From: an uncultured Gammaproteobacteria bacterium | Lineage (GTDB): Bacteria > Patescibacteriota > Microgenomatia > Daviesbacterales > UBA10151 | Assembly (NCBI GenBank): GCA_964637465.1 | Contig: CAZWTE010000001.1 | Location: 1-57,328, forward strand | DNA: 57,328 bases | Reading direction: 5' to 3' | The notes under the pieces: model-generated | What the model saw: only the letters and a program-made list of their open reading frames with translations | Told to the model about the DNA's origin: nothing | Database searches by the model: none | In this document: positions 35,649 to 44,073 of the stretch, in pieces | Numbering within the stretch: position 1 is the first letter of the stretch | Layout: each line of letters starts with the position of its first letter | Position numbers and translations under genes: made by a program

Positions 35649-36804
35649 CCGTATAAAGTTTAATTCGCCAATTTTTAAAGTTCTCCTTATTTTTTTAACC
35701 TGGCGGTTTTTATTGGAGGTAATCTTTCTTTTTTCAATGAATTTTATTCCACTGGGGTATAAAGACCGCTTTTTAGGGGGCGGCCATTTTAATTACAGGG
35801 TTTCACCCCAACTTTTTTCCTGGGCCAATTTTGACGGGGAGCATTATTTGTCAATTGCGATATTTGGTTATAAAAATTTAGAACAGGCTTTCTTCCCTGT
35901 TTATCCTCTTTTGATATCATTTTTTGCCAAGCCTAATCCTTTTGATTTACTCCCTTCGCTGGTAAATTCCACAATAACAGGCTTAATTATTTCTAATGTA
36001 TCATTTGTTCTTGCCCTAATATTTCTTTGGGAACTTATTAGAATTGATTTTCCGAAAAAGATTGCTTACTTGGCCGTTATTCTCATATTACTTTTTCCAA
36101 CCTCTTTTTATTTTGGGGCAGTTTATAATGAATCATTATTTTTGTTATTAACAGTATTATCCTTTTACAGCGCCCGAAAAGGTCATTGGTTTTTGGCAAG
36201 TTTTTTTGCCATGGTTTCATCTGCCACCAGAGTATTTGGTATTTTGCTTTTGCCGGCGCTTCTTATTGAGGCGTATCAACAGAAAATCAGATTATCTAAA
36301 GTGTTTTGGATTTGTCTTGTGCCGTTGGGATTAGGAGCCTATATGTGGTATTTAAATATAACAGCGAATGATCCTTTGGCTTTTTATCATTTTCAGAAAT
36401 TAGTTGGCGAGCAACACCAGGAAGGAATTATATTACTACCACAAGTATACTTTCGTTATATTAAAATGTTGACGTCAACTGCCGTACAAAACCCGATTTT
36501 TCAAACAATAGTTTTAGAACTTGGTGTAGGTTTAGTATTTTTTTTGCTTCCGATCTATGGTTACCTAAAAAAAATTAGATTATCGTATGTTGTTTATGCG
36601 ATATTAAGTTTTTTGGCGCCGGCTATTCAAGGCAGTTTTTCGTCAGCTCCCCGTTATGCGATAGTTTTATTCCCTTCTTTTTTAGCTGCTGCTTTGTGGT
36701 TTAGCGGGTGGCCAAGGGTATTGCAAATATTAATTTTTCTTCTATCTCTTTTGTTACTGATAATTGAAACAGCCTTATTCTTAAGGGGGTATTGGATAGC
36801 ATGA
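35641..36804 (+). CDS. Polytopic membrane protein, PIG-V/Mannosyl_trans2-like GT-C
   Basis: 387 aa. WANFDGEHYLSIAIFGYKNLEQAFFPVYPLLISFF matches the W.DG..Y..IA..GY....AFFP.YPLL signature of PIG-V-like mannosyltransferases. About 9-10 TM helices. Confidence 0.65.
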   Translation: MNSRIKFNSPIFKVLLIFLTWRFLLEVIFLFSMNFIPLGYKDRFLGGGHFNYRVSPQLFSWANFDGEHYLSIAIFGYKNLEQAFFPVYPLLISFFAKPNPFDLLPSLVNSTITGLIISNVSFVLALIFLWELIRIDFPKKIAYLAVILILLFPTSFYFGAVYNESLFLLLTVLSFYSARKGHWFLASFFAMVSSATRVFGILLLPALLIEAYQQKIRLSKVFWICLVPLGLGAYMWYLNITANDPLAFYHFQKLVGEQHQEGIILLPQVYFRYIKMLTSTAVQNPIFQTIVLELGVGLVFFLLPIYGYLKKIRLSYVVYAILSFLAPAIQGSFSSAPRYAIVLFPSFLAAALWFSGWPRVLQILIFLLSLLLLIIETALFLRGYWIA

Positions 36805-38042
36805 GAAAAATCTTAGGTTTAACTTCACACCCTCTTTTTGCCGGAAGTTTTATTATGATTTTTGGAAGTAATGCAGTCAGCTTTTTAAATTATTTATACC
36901 ATTTAATAATGGGAAGACTATTAGGACCGGCAGGTTACGGGGAATTGGCAGCAATAATTTCATCTATCGGACTTTTTGGTATCATTCCCTCGTCAATTAC
37001 TCTTGTAATAATCAAGTATGTCTCTGCTGCAAAGGATGAAAAGGAAACGGGAAGTTTGATAGTATGGTTTAAGAATAAAATCTTTTTATTGTCATTAATA
37101 TATAGCCTTCTGATTTTGATGCTCACACCTTTTATGGGATCTTTTTTGAAAATTCCGGATCTGTCCTATTTTATACTTCTTGCCGTATTTACTTTTTTTT
37201 CATTACAGTCTTCGTTAAACAGGGCCATCTTACAGGGACTTTTAAAATTTAAAGAGATGGTCTTTAGCGTATTAACTGAAAGTGCTTTAAAACTCCTCGT
37301 CAGTATAATTCTGGTATATCTTGGATTTAAGGTTGGAGGCGCTATCCTAGCTCTTGTTATTTCTGCAATACTGGGATTTTATATCACTATTCGTTATTTG
37401 AAACAAAGGAATCTTTCAGTTGATGATAAAGTTATACCTGATATAAGAGCAATGCTGAAATTCAGCATTCCCGTAGCTCTGCAATCTTTTGCGATAACTT
37501 CACTTTATTCATCTGATGTAATTTTAGTAAAACATTTTTTTTCTTCCCATGAGGCGGGGATCTATGCCGCGCTTTCAAACCTGGGTAAAATAATCTTTTT
37601 TGGCGCTGGTCCAATTGGAGCCGTGATGTTCCCGCTGGTTTCCCAAAGAAAGGCAAGAGGTCAGGTTTACGGGCAGATTTTTATATATAGTTTCTTCGGG
37701 ACGTTAATGCTTGCAGGCAGCGTTTTATTGTTTTATTGGTTTTTTCCTGATCTTGCCATAAGTCTGCTTTATGGCAAGCTTTATTTAGAAGCTTCGAATT
37801 TATTGGTTTGGTTTGGAATATTTATCAGTTTGTTTACTCTCTCGACGCTTCTTATCAGTTATGGTCTTTCATTGGGCAGGACTTCCATAGTCTATTTACC
37901 GCTTATTGCAGCCTTGGTCCAAATTATTCTGATATGGTTTTTTCACCAGAGTTTATTTATGGTCATATTAATCTCTATTGCAGTGAATGCTTTACTACTG
38001 GTAGCCTTACTTATATACTCTACCTATGCAAAGCGAAATTAG
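36792..38042 (+). CDS. Wzx-type oligosaccharide flippase (MOP superfamily), second copy in the window
   Basis: 416 aa with about 12 TM helices. The N-terminus has NYLYHLIMGRLLGPAGYGELAAIISSIGLFGI. Confidence 0.65.
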   Translation: MDSMRKILGLTSHPLFAGSFIMIFGSNAVSFLNYLYHLIMGRLLGPAGYGELAAIISSIGLFGIIPSSITLVIIKYVSAAKDEKETGSLIVWFKNKIFLLSLIYSLLILMLTPFMGSFLKIPDLSYFILLAVFTFFSLQSSLNRAILQGLLKFKEMVFSVLTESALKLLVSIILVYLGFKVGGAILALVISAILGFYITIRYLKQRNLSVDDKVIPDIRAMLKFSIPVALQSFAITSLYSSDVILVKHFFSSHEAGIYAALSNLGKIIFFGAGPIGAVMFPLVSQRKARGQVYGQIFIYSFFGTLMLAGSVLLFYWFFPDLAISLLYGKLYLEASNLLVWFGIFISLFTLSTLLISYGLSLGRTSIVYLPLIAALVQIILIWFFHQSLFMVILISIAVNALLLVALLIYSTYAKRN

Positions 38043-38838
38043 GCTGCTCTCTTTGATAGTACCCTGTTATAAACAAGAGCAAACAGTAGTCCGTGATCTT
38101 AAAAGAATCAAGGGAGTTTTAGACCAACTCCGTTATCCTGCTGAATTAATTTGTGTGGTTGACGGCCAGATTGATAAAACTTACAAAAGAGCTGCGAAAT
38201 TTGCCAAAAATAATGAAAACATTAAAGTCGTCGGTTACGACACCAATAAAGGCAAGGGTTATGCTGTCCGTTTTGGCATGGGACAAAGTAAAGGGGACAT
38301 CATCGGTTTTATTGATGCCGGAATGGATTTAAACCCAAATGGTTTGGCAATGCTTTTGGAACATTTTGAGTGGTATAACGCGGATATTATAGTCGGATCC
38401 AAAAGGCACCCTGTTTCTAAAGTATACTACCCCTGGCAAAGAAAATTGCTCTCCATGGGTTATCAGCTTCTGGTGTTTTTACTTTTCGGGTTAAAAGTCC
38501 GCGATACACAAGTTGGGATGAAATTCTTCAAACGTGAGGTCTTGAAAAAAGTGTTACCCAGACTTTTGGTGAAGGCTTTTGCTTTTGATGTGGAGATATT
38601 GACTGTAGCAAATGATTTGGGATATAGCCGTATTTATGAGGCGCCTGTGGATATCAAGCTCCGGTTCGGAGGAACTTCCACATTGACCAATCAAAAATTT
38701 ATTAAAACAGTTCTGGCTATGCTTATAGATACACTGGCAATATTTTATAGACTCCGGATATTAAATTATTATTCAAACAAAAATCACAGAAAGTGGAGAT
38801 TTGACCCGGAACTAAATTTTAGGATAAATATCGGATGA
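38026..38838 (+). CDS. GT2 glycosyltransferase (DPM1-like polyprenyl-phosphate sugar synthase type)
   Basis: 270 aa. Carries LSLIVPCYKQEQTV, VVDGQIDKT, a DAG position, and VRDTQVGMKFFKREVL (compare DTQCGFK in 1328..2068). Confidence 0.7.
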   Translation: MQSEIRLLSLIVPCYKQEQTVVRDLKRIKGVLDQLRYPAELICVVDGQIDKTYKRAAKFAKNNENIKVVGYDTNKGKGYAVRFGMGQSKGDIIGFIDAGMDLNPNGLAMLLEHFEWYNADIIVGSKRHPVSKVYYPWQRKLLSMGYQLLVFLLFGLKVRDTQVGMKFFKREVLKKVLPRLLVKAFAFDVEILTVANDLGYSRIYEAPVDIKLRFGGTSTLTNQKFIKTVLAMLIDTLAIFYRLRILNYYSNKNHRKWRFDPELNFRINIG

Positions 38839-39944
38839 ATATATTATTGCTATCTTGGAGAGGCCCGGGTCATCCAAATGCCGGAGGAGCAGAGATTTCC
38901 ACCCATGAACATGCCAGAGGATGGGTTAAAGCCGGGCATAATGTGACTTTGTTTACTTCTTATTACGAGGGAGCTAAAAAGCAAGAATCAATTGATGGAG
39001 TGATGCTGATAAGAAAAGGCAGACAGTTTTTTGAAGTGCAGTGGGAAGCTTTTAAATGGTATATGTTTACAGATCATCCCAGGTACGATTTAGTTATTGA
39101 TGAGTTTCATGGCATTCCGTTTTTTACGCCGTTTTATGTAAAAACCGAAAAACTGGGATTTATCCACGAGGTAACTAAGGAAGTTTGGAAACTGAATCAA
39201 TTTCCCATACCTTTTGCGGGCGCTATAGGAATTATAGCAGAGCCTTTAATATTTAAGTTATACAGAGGCATCCCTTTTATGACTGTATCGCAGTCAACCA
39301 AAGATGATTTAATCTGCTGGGGAATACCGGCTGATAATATTACGGTCATTCATAATGGAGTCGGAGTATCATCTCTCCAAAGAACGCCAAAAAAAGAGAA
39401 AAGAAAGACCCTGATTTATTTGGGAGCTTTAGCAAAAGATAAGGGAATTGAAGATGCAATTAGCGCCTTCTATTTATTGAGCAAAACTTCTAAAGATTGG
39501 CAATTTTGGGTAATCGGAAAATCTGACCCGGAATATTTAAAAGAATTAAAGAAACAAAGCAACAGATTAAAACTTCAAAAACAGATCAAGTTTTGGGGAT
39601 TTGTCAGCGAGCAAAGGAAATTTGAACTTTTGGCGAGAGCGCATATTTTAGTTAATCCTTCTGTCCGTGAAGGTTGGGGATTAGTGGTGATTGAGGCAGC
39701 AAGAGTTGGAACGCCGACTATAGCATATAATGTTTCAGGACTTAAAGATTCAGTGTTGGATGGTAAGACAGGAATGCTTTGTGATTGTTTCCCGCAGTCT
39801 TTAGCTACAAAGGTTACACAACTTTTGGCAGATAATACAAAATACAAGCAGCTTTGCAAAAATGCAATTGCTTGGAGCAAAAATTTTTCCTGGGATAAAG
39901 CTTCGAAACTAAGCTTGGAGTTAATACAAAAAATAGCCGGTTGA
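38835..39944 (+). CDS. GT4 (Glycos_transf_1) glycosyltransferase
   Basis: 369 aa. The N-terminus has GGAEISTHEHARGW, and VNPSVREGWGLVVIEAARVGTPTIAYNVSGLKDSV is the EX7E region. Confidence 0.8.
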   Translation: MNILLLSWRGPGHPNAGGAEISTHEHARGWVKAGHNVTLFTSYYEGAKKQESIDGVMLIRKGRQFFEVQWEAFKWYMFTDHPRYDLVIDEFHGIPFFTPFYVKTEKLGFIHEVTKEVWKLNQFPIPFAGAIGIIAEPLIFKLYRGIPFMTVSQSTKDDLICWGIPADNITVIHNGVGVSSLQRTPKKEKRKTLIYLGALAKDKGIEDAISAFYLLSKTSKDWQFWVIGKSDPEYLKELKKQSNRLKLQKQIKFWGFVSEQRKFELLARAHILVNPSVREGWGLVVIEAARVGTPTIAYNVSGLKDSVLDGKTGMLCDCFPQSLATKVTQLLADNTKYKQLCKNAIAWSKNFSWDKASKLSLELIQKIAG

Positions 39945-39978
39945 AATTTTCATAAAATACGATTAAACTCTAAAAACG

Positions 39979-40956
39979 ATGAAGAAAAAAAAGAAAGTAT
40001 TGGTGACCGGAGCCGGGGGGTTCATCGGTCATCATTTAGGCACATACTTAAGGAAAAAAGGTTATTGGGTGCGTGGTATAGACATAAAGCTTCCCGAATT
40101 CAAAAAATCTGATGTTGATGAGTTTTTAAAATTAGACTTAAGAGAGAAAAAAAGTGCTTTAAAAGCCACCGAAGGAATGGATTATGTGTATGCCTTGGCA
40201 GCTGATATGGGAGGAATGGGTTTTATTTCCTCAAATCATGCCACTATTTTATACAATAATGCCACTATTAATCTTAATACAATAGAGGCGGCTAAAATAA
40301 ACAAGGTAAAGAGGTATTTTTACTCATCTTCTGCCTGTATTTATCCCCACTACCGGCAGACTAGGAGCAAACTAAAACCCTTAAAAGAGGAAGATGCATA
40401 TCCGGCACAGCCGCAGGATGCTTATGGATGGGAGAAATTAGTTTCAGAAATTCTTGCCAAGTATTACCGTGAGGAACATGGTTTAGAAACACGTATTGCC
40501 CGTTTTCATAATATTTTTGGTCCCTTTGGAACCTGGGATGGAGGAAGGGAGAAGGCACCGGCCGCCATCTGCAGAAAAGTTGCGATAGCCAAGTTAACAG
40601 GTAAAAAGGAAATAGAAATTTGGGGAGACGGAAAACAGACAAGGTCTTTTTGTTATATAGACGATTGCCTGGAAGGAATTTACAAATTAATGACGTCTGA
40701 TTTTGCCGAGCCTCTAAATATTGGTCAAGATAGGATGGTGACAATAGATCAACTGGTAGATATTATTTCTAAAGCTGCCGGTGTAAAACTTAAGAAAAAC
40801 CATATCCCCGGACCTCAAGGCGTCAGGGGCAGGAATTCCGATAACAGTAAATTGCGGCAGGTATTAAAATGGGAACCAAAGATTTCTTTGGAAGAAGGTT
40901 TGGCAAAAACATATCAATGGATCGAAGATCAGGTAAGAGCTAAACTTACTAACTAA
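39979..40956 (+). CDS. gme: GDP-mannose 3,5-epimerase-like SDR (GME family)
   Basis: 325 aa. Long collinear matches to the plant GME sequence as I remember it: TGAGGFIG, LAADMGGMGFISSNH, YNN, YSSSACIYP, PQDAYGWEKL, RFHNIFGPFGTWDGGREKAPAAICRK, WGDGKQTRSF, HIPGPQGVRGRNSDN. Confidence 0.8.
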   Translation: MKKKKKVLVTGAGGFIGHHLGTYLRKKGYWVRGIDIKLPEFKKSDVDEFLKLDLREKKSALKATEGMDYVYALAADMGGMGFISSNHATILYNNATINLNTIEAAKINKVKRYFYSSSACIYPHYRQTRSKLKPLKEEDAYPAQPQDAYGWEKLVSEILAKYYREEHGLETRIARFHNIFGPFGTWDGGREKAPAAICRKVAIAKLTGKKEIEIWGDGKQTRSFCYIDDCLEGIYKLMTSDFAEPLNIGQDRMVTIDQLVDIISKAAGVKLKKNHIPGPQGVRGRNSDNSKLRQVLKWEPKISLEEGLAKTYQWIEDQVRAKLTN

Positions 40957-41441
40957 TGCTGCTGTTTTTGTTGTATCTTATCCCAATTTTGGCAGCCGGT
41001 GTACTTATTCTACGGAAAATCAGTTCGCTAAACAGATTGGAATTACTGCTTCCTGCAGGTAGCATCTTAGGTCTTGCTTTATTTACCTTTCTTTTGAACC
41101 TGACCGCTTTTTTTATCAAGGACGGCATAGGAATCCTTATTTCTTATCTGGTGGCGCTTTTGGCGGGGTTTATATTTTTAAGATCAAAAAACAAAAAAAT
41201 ATATTTACCTGAAGGCAAAGGACTTTTTTTCTGGCCGGCGGGCATTTTTATCTGGGGAGCATTTATCTATTGGAAAGCAGCGCATGCTTTAACCGGAAGC
41301 GATGTGAACCTTTACTATGCTATTGCGCATTCTTTTGCAAAAGGGAATTTTCCACTTCTTACTCCGTGGCAACCGGATATTTCACTTTCGTATCATGTAG
41401 GAGTGTCGGAACTCTTGGGCGCATTTTACTATTTTTCCTGA
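40956..41441 (+). CDS. N-terminal fragment (161 aa) of a third HDGxWH...NYHFF-family polytopic protein; probable pseudogene
   Basis: NLYYAIAHSFAKGNFPLLTPWQPDISLSYHVGVSELLGAF aligns to the HDGxWHxAL...NP...LxNYHFFxDL region of 8517 and 14396. It ends at an in-frame TGA (41439-41441), after which frame 0 still reads family-like sequence (LDFQLLHLFFFAFVIF). Confidence 0.6.
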   Translation: MLLFLLYLIPILAAGVLILRKISSLNRLELLLPAGSILGLALFTFLLNLTAFFIKDGIGILISYLVALLAGFIFLRSKNKKIYLPEGKGLFFWPAGIFIWGAFIYWKAAHALTGSDVNLYYAIAHSFAKGNFPLLTPWQPDISLSYHVGVSELLGAFYYFS

Positions 41442-41488
41442 CTTGATTTTCAACTGCTGCATCTATTTTTTTTTGCTTTTGTTATTTT

Positions 41489-43255
41489 TTGTCCCGTTCC
41501 GATCATGTCATGATAAGTTTTCTTTTTGCTTATCTCGTGGCGGCAGTGATTTTCATTAGTTTTGGTTTTTTTTATATTTCCTGGCCTTCTTTTCCTCTTC
41601 AGTTTCCATCCGTCAGCAGTATTCAGCAATTAGTTTTGTGGCTGCGGGATTTACCTTCAGTTAATCAAGCGATTGAGGTATACGGAGCTCCAATAAATTT
41701 AGATGCATTGATTTATTTTATCTTTCAAGCATTTGGGTTGAGCATCTTTTTTTCACTTATGGTCCTAATACTTCACTATGATAAAAGAAAACCTTTAACA
41801 GGATGGATTATGCTCTGTGTTGGTTTAGCTACTGTAGCTTTGGTTAATGAATCATTGTTTGCGGCAGCTTTTCCGGCTCTTGCCGGAGGTATATTTTTGA
41901 TCGAATGGGGACGGAAGACCTTGTTTAAAAACCTAAAAATTCTGCTATTGCTTTTGATATCGACTATTTTGGTGGTACTTTTGCAAGGAGGAATGATATC
42001 TTCTTTTCTAAACTCTCCCCAGAATTTACAAAACTCAACCATAATTTTTCCCAAAAAAGAAGACATAAAAGAAGATTTTAACAGTTATCATGCTGGTCAG
42101 ATGATCTCCAAATTATTACCCGTCCAGTTAGAATGGTTGCCTCTAAGATGGTTTCATGTAGGAATAGATTCTTTATTAATATTAAGCCTGATAGCGATGT
42201 TTGCCATTAGAAGCACTCCTTATCAATTATTGCTAATAAAAATTCTATTTATTGCAGGTTTTTCTTCTCTAATAGCGTATAATGTAATAGTTCCAAAGTT
42301 TCTGGTGGCTAATGGTAACAGATTATTAGCTGCTTCATTCTTATTTTTTTCACTTCTTTTAAGCTTGTCACTAATATTCTTTTTTGAAAATATCCGACTG
42401 AAGGGGATAAAAAAGATATTATTGCTTATTTTGGTCGGATGGATTTTAATTCCGACCATCTTGCCACCTCTAACACTTCTGTCAAAAACCAGGTTCGGTG
42501 AAAATAAATTAACCCCTAAAACCCTACAAAGCAGCCAGGGCATCTTATGGTTTAAGGATAATATAAATTTTAACGAAAGAGTAATAGTGTTGGATAAAAA
42601 TGCCCCTCACCCCAGCGGCCAAGTCCGCGCTTTAGTTGAAGCAGGTGTATTTGCACCGGTATTCCCCGGAGATTTCAGGGCCTTCACAATTGAAGCATCT
42701 CCCCAATATATAGACATTGCCTATTATTTAAGCCCTCAAGCTTTGAGGAAACTGAAAATTAATTCTTTGCTCATTGATGACGTCTTTTTTGAAACTTTAC
42801 CGGATAACAGGAAACAGCAATTAGAAAATGCTGCTTATTTTGAAAAAGTTTTTGACGATTCAAAGTACAATCGCAATTGGGAGAAAATATATAAAATTAA
42901 AGATGAATATTTGAAAAACGGTGGCGAGACAGACGGAACTTTTGAACAACTTACACAAGTTATACCGGCTGAAGGAAAAGTATTTATAGATAATGAAGAA
43001 AATTTTAGGCCAAGCTTTTTAAGGAGGCCGCTGATTTTTAGTTTAAGGAACAGAGAAATCTACTATTTGCCGCAGTCAGGGGTGTATTTAAATGTGGAAG
43101 CAAATATAAATTCACATCCCCCTTTGGATAATGGCAATTATGATTATTTAGTTTTAGGCACATACACTTTGCCTTCAGAAATTTGCAAATGTCAAACCCG
43201 GCTTGTATGGAAAGGAATTAAGGGTGAGGTTTTTGTTTGGAAGAAGAACGATTAA
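41489..43255 (+). CDS. C-terminal fragment (about 581-588 aa) of the same disrupted polytopic gene
   Basis: It lies in a different frame from 40956..41441. The track start is TTG 41489 and the first ATG is at 41510. It is multi-TM, and its C-terminal soluble part (VIVLDKNAPHPSG...LRKLKINSLLIDD) resembles the tail of 14396..16390. T9 (41466-41474) and T6 (41485-41490) runs sit in the junction. Confidence 0.6.
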   Translation: MSRSDHVMISFLFAYLVAAVIFISFGFFYISWPSFPLQFPSVSSIQQLVLWLRDLPSVNQAIEVYGAPINLDALIYFIFQAFGLSIFFSLMVLILHYDKRKPLTGWIMLCVGLATVALVNESLFAAAFPALAGGIFLIEWGRKTLFKNLKILLLLLISTILVVLLQGGMISSFLNSPQNLQNSTIIFPKKEDIKEDFNSYHAGQMISKLLPVQLEWLPLRWFHVGIDSLLILSLIAMFAIRSTPYQLLLIKILFIAGFSSLIAYNVIVPKFLVANGNRLLAASFLFFSLLLSLSLIFFFENIRLKGIKKILLLILVGWILIPTILPPLTLLSKTRFGENKLTPKTLQSSQGILWFKDNINFNERVIVLDKNAPHPSGQVRALVEAGVFAPVFPGDFRAFTIEASPQYIDIAYYLSPQALRKLKINSLLIDDVFFETLPDNRKQQLENAAYFEKVFDDSKYNRNWEKIYKIKDEYLKNGGETDGTFEQLTQVIPAEGKVFIDNEENFRPSFLRRPLIFSLRNREIYYLPQSGVYLNVEANINSHPPLDNGNYDYLVLGTYTLPSEICKCQTRLVWKGIKGEVFVWKKND

Positions 43256-43970
43256 CTGATGCCGGGTATTTAGGCAGATCACTAAGCGATACTTTAGCAA
43301 TTGCTTTGCAAACATTTATTCCATCCCGGAGTGCTCTAATACCGGATACTCCGCCTATCCTTTTTGTGTATGTAATAGGAATTTGTACCAGATTCATGGC
43401 CATTTTACATGCTTTGGTGACAGTTTCCGCTTCATATTCAAAATGCCTTTCTTTTAAGTCCAGCGCCAAAAATGCCTCTTTCCTAAACCCCTTAAATCCG
43501 GCCATTACATCAGTAATCCGGCGGCCGCATGCCAGACTGGTTAATGCTGACATAACCCAGTTGCCAAAAAGATTACGGGTAGTAACTGATCCCTTTTGAA
43601 TTTTGCCTCCGCCAAACCTGGTACCAATTACCACATCTGCACCTTTTTCCAAAGCTTCAACAAAAAGCGGAATTTCATTTGGCTGGAATTGGTGGTCCGT
43701 ATCTATCTGTATGATGTAATTTCCGCTTGCTGCCAGTCCGCCTGCCCAAAAATCAGCTCCCTTGCCTCTTTTAAAAGGAAACCTGATAATCCGGTCAACC
43801 TTTAGTTTTTTGGCAATCTCGACAGTTTTATCTTTCGAGGCCGCATCAACAACAATGATTTCCACCGGAAAAAACTTTTTAAGTAACTTACAATCTTTAA
43901 TCGTCCTGCCAATATTTTTTTCCTCGTTATAGGAAGTTAAAATTATACTAACTAATTTTTTGTTTTTCAT
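43218..43970 (-). CDS. GT2 polyprenyl-phosphate sugar synthase type glycosyltransferase
   Basis: 250 aa. Carries VSIILTSYNEEKNI, VVDAASKDKT, QIDTDHQ, and ITDVMAGFKGFRKEAF. Its 3' end overlaps the convergent gene by 38 nt. Confidence 0.75.
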   Translation of the reverse strand: MKNKKLVSIILTSYNEEKNIGRTIKDCKLLKKFFPVEIIVVDAASKDKTVEIAKKLKVDRIIRFPFKRGKGADFWAGGLAASGNYIIQIDTDHQFQPNEIPLFVEALEKGADVVIGTRFGGGKIQKGSVTTRNLFGNWVMSALTSLACGRRITDVMAGFKGFRKEAFLALDLKERHFEYEAETVTKACKMAMNLVQIPITYTKRIGGVSGIRALRDGINVCKAIAKVSLSDLPKYPASVNRSSSKQKPHP

Positions 43971-44073
43971 TTTAACTGGTGGTTAGCTTATCCCATATAA
44001 AAAATATTGTCAATGAGATTTCTTTTACGGGCTTGATTTTTATTCACTAGTCTAGTAGGATCATTGCTATTCT

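Noticed and set aside
40361-40744. 127-aa minus-strand ORF inside the GME-like gene
   Set aside because: The + strand frame has near-continuous matches to GDP-mannose 3,5-epimerase motifs, so the antisense ORF is a by-product.
43237-43805. Two + strand ORFs (120 aa and 69 aa) opposite the GT2 gene 43218..43970
   Set aside because: The minus-strand frame carries canonical GT2 motifs (SYNEEKNI, VVDAASKDKT, DTDHQ), whereas the + strand products have none.
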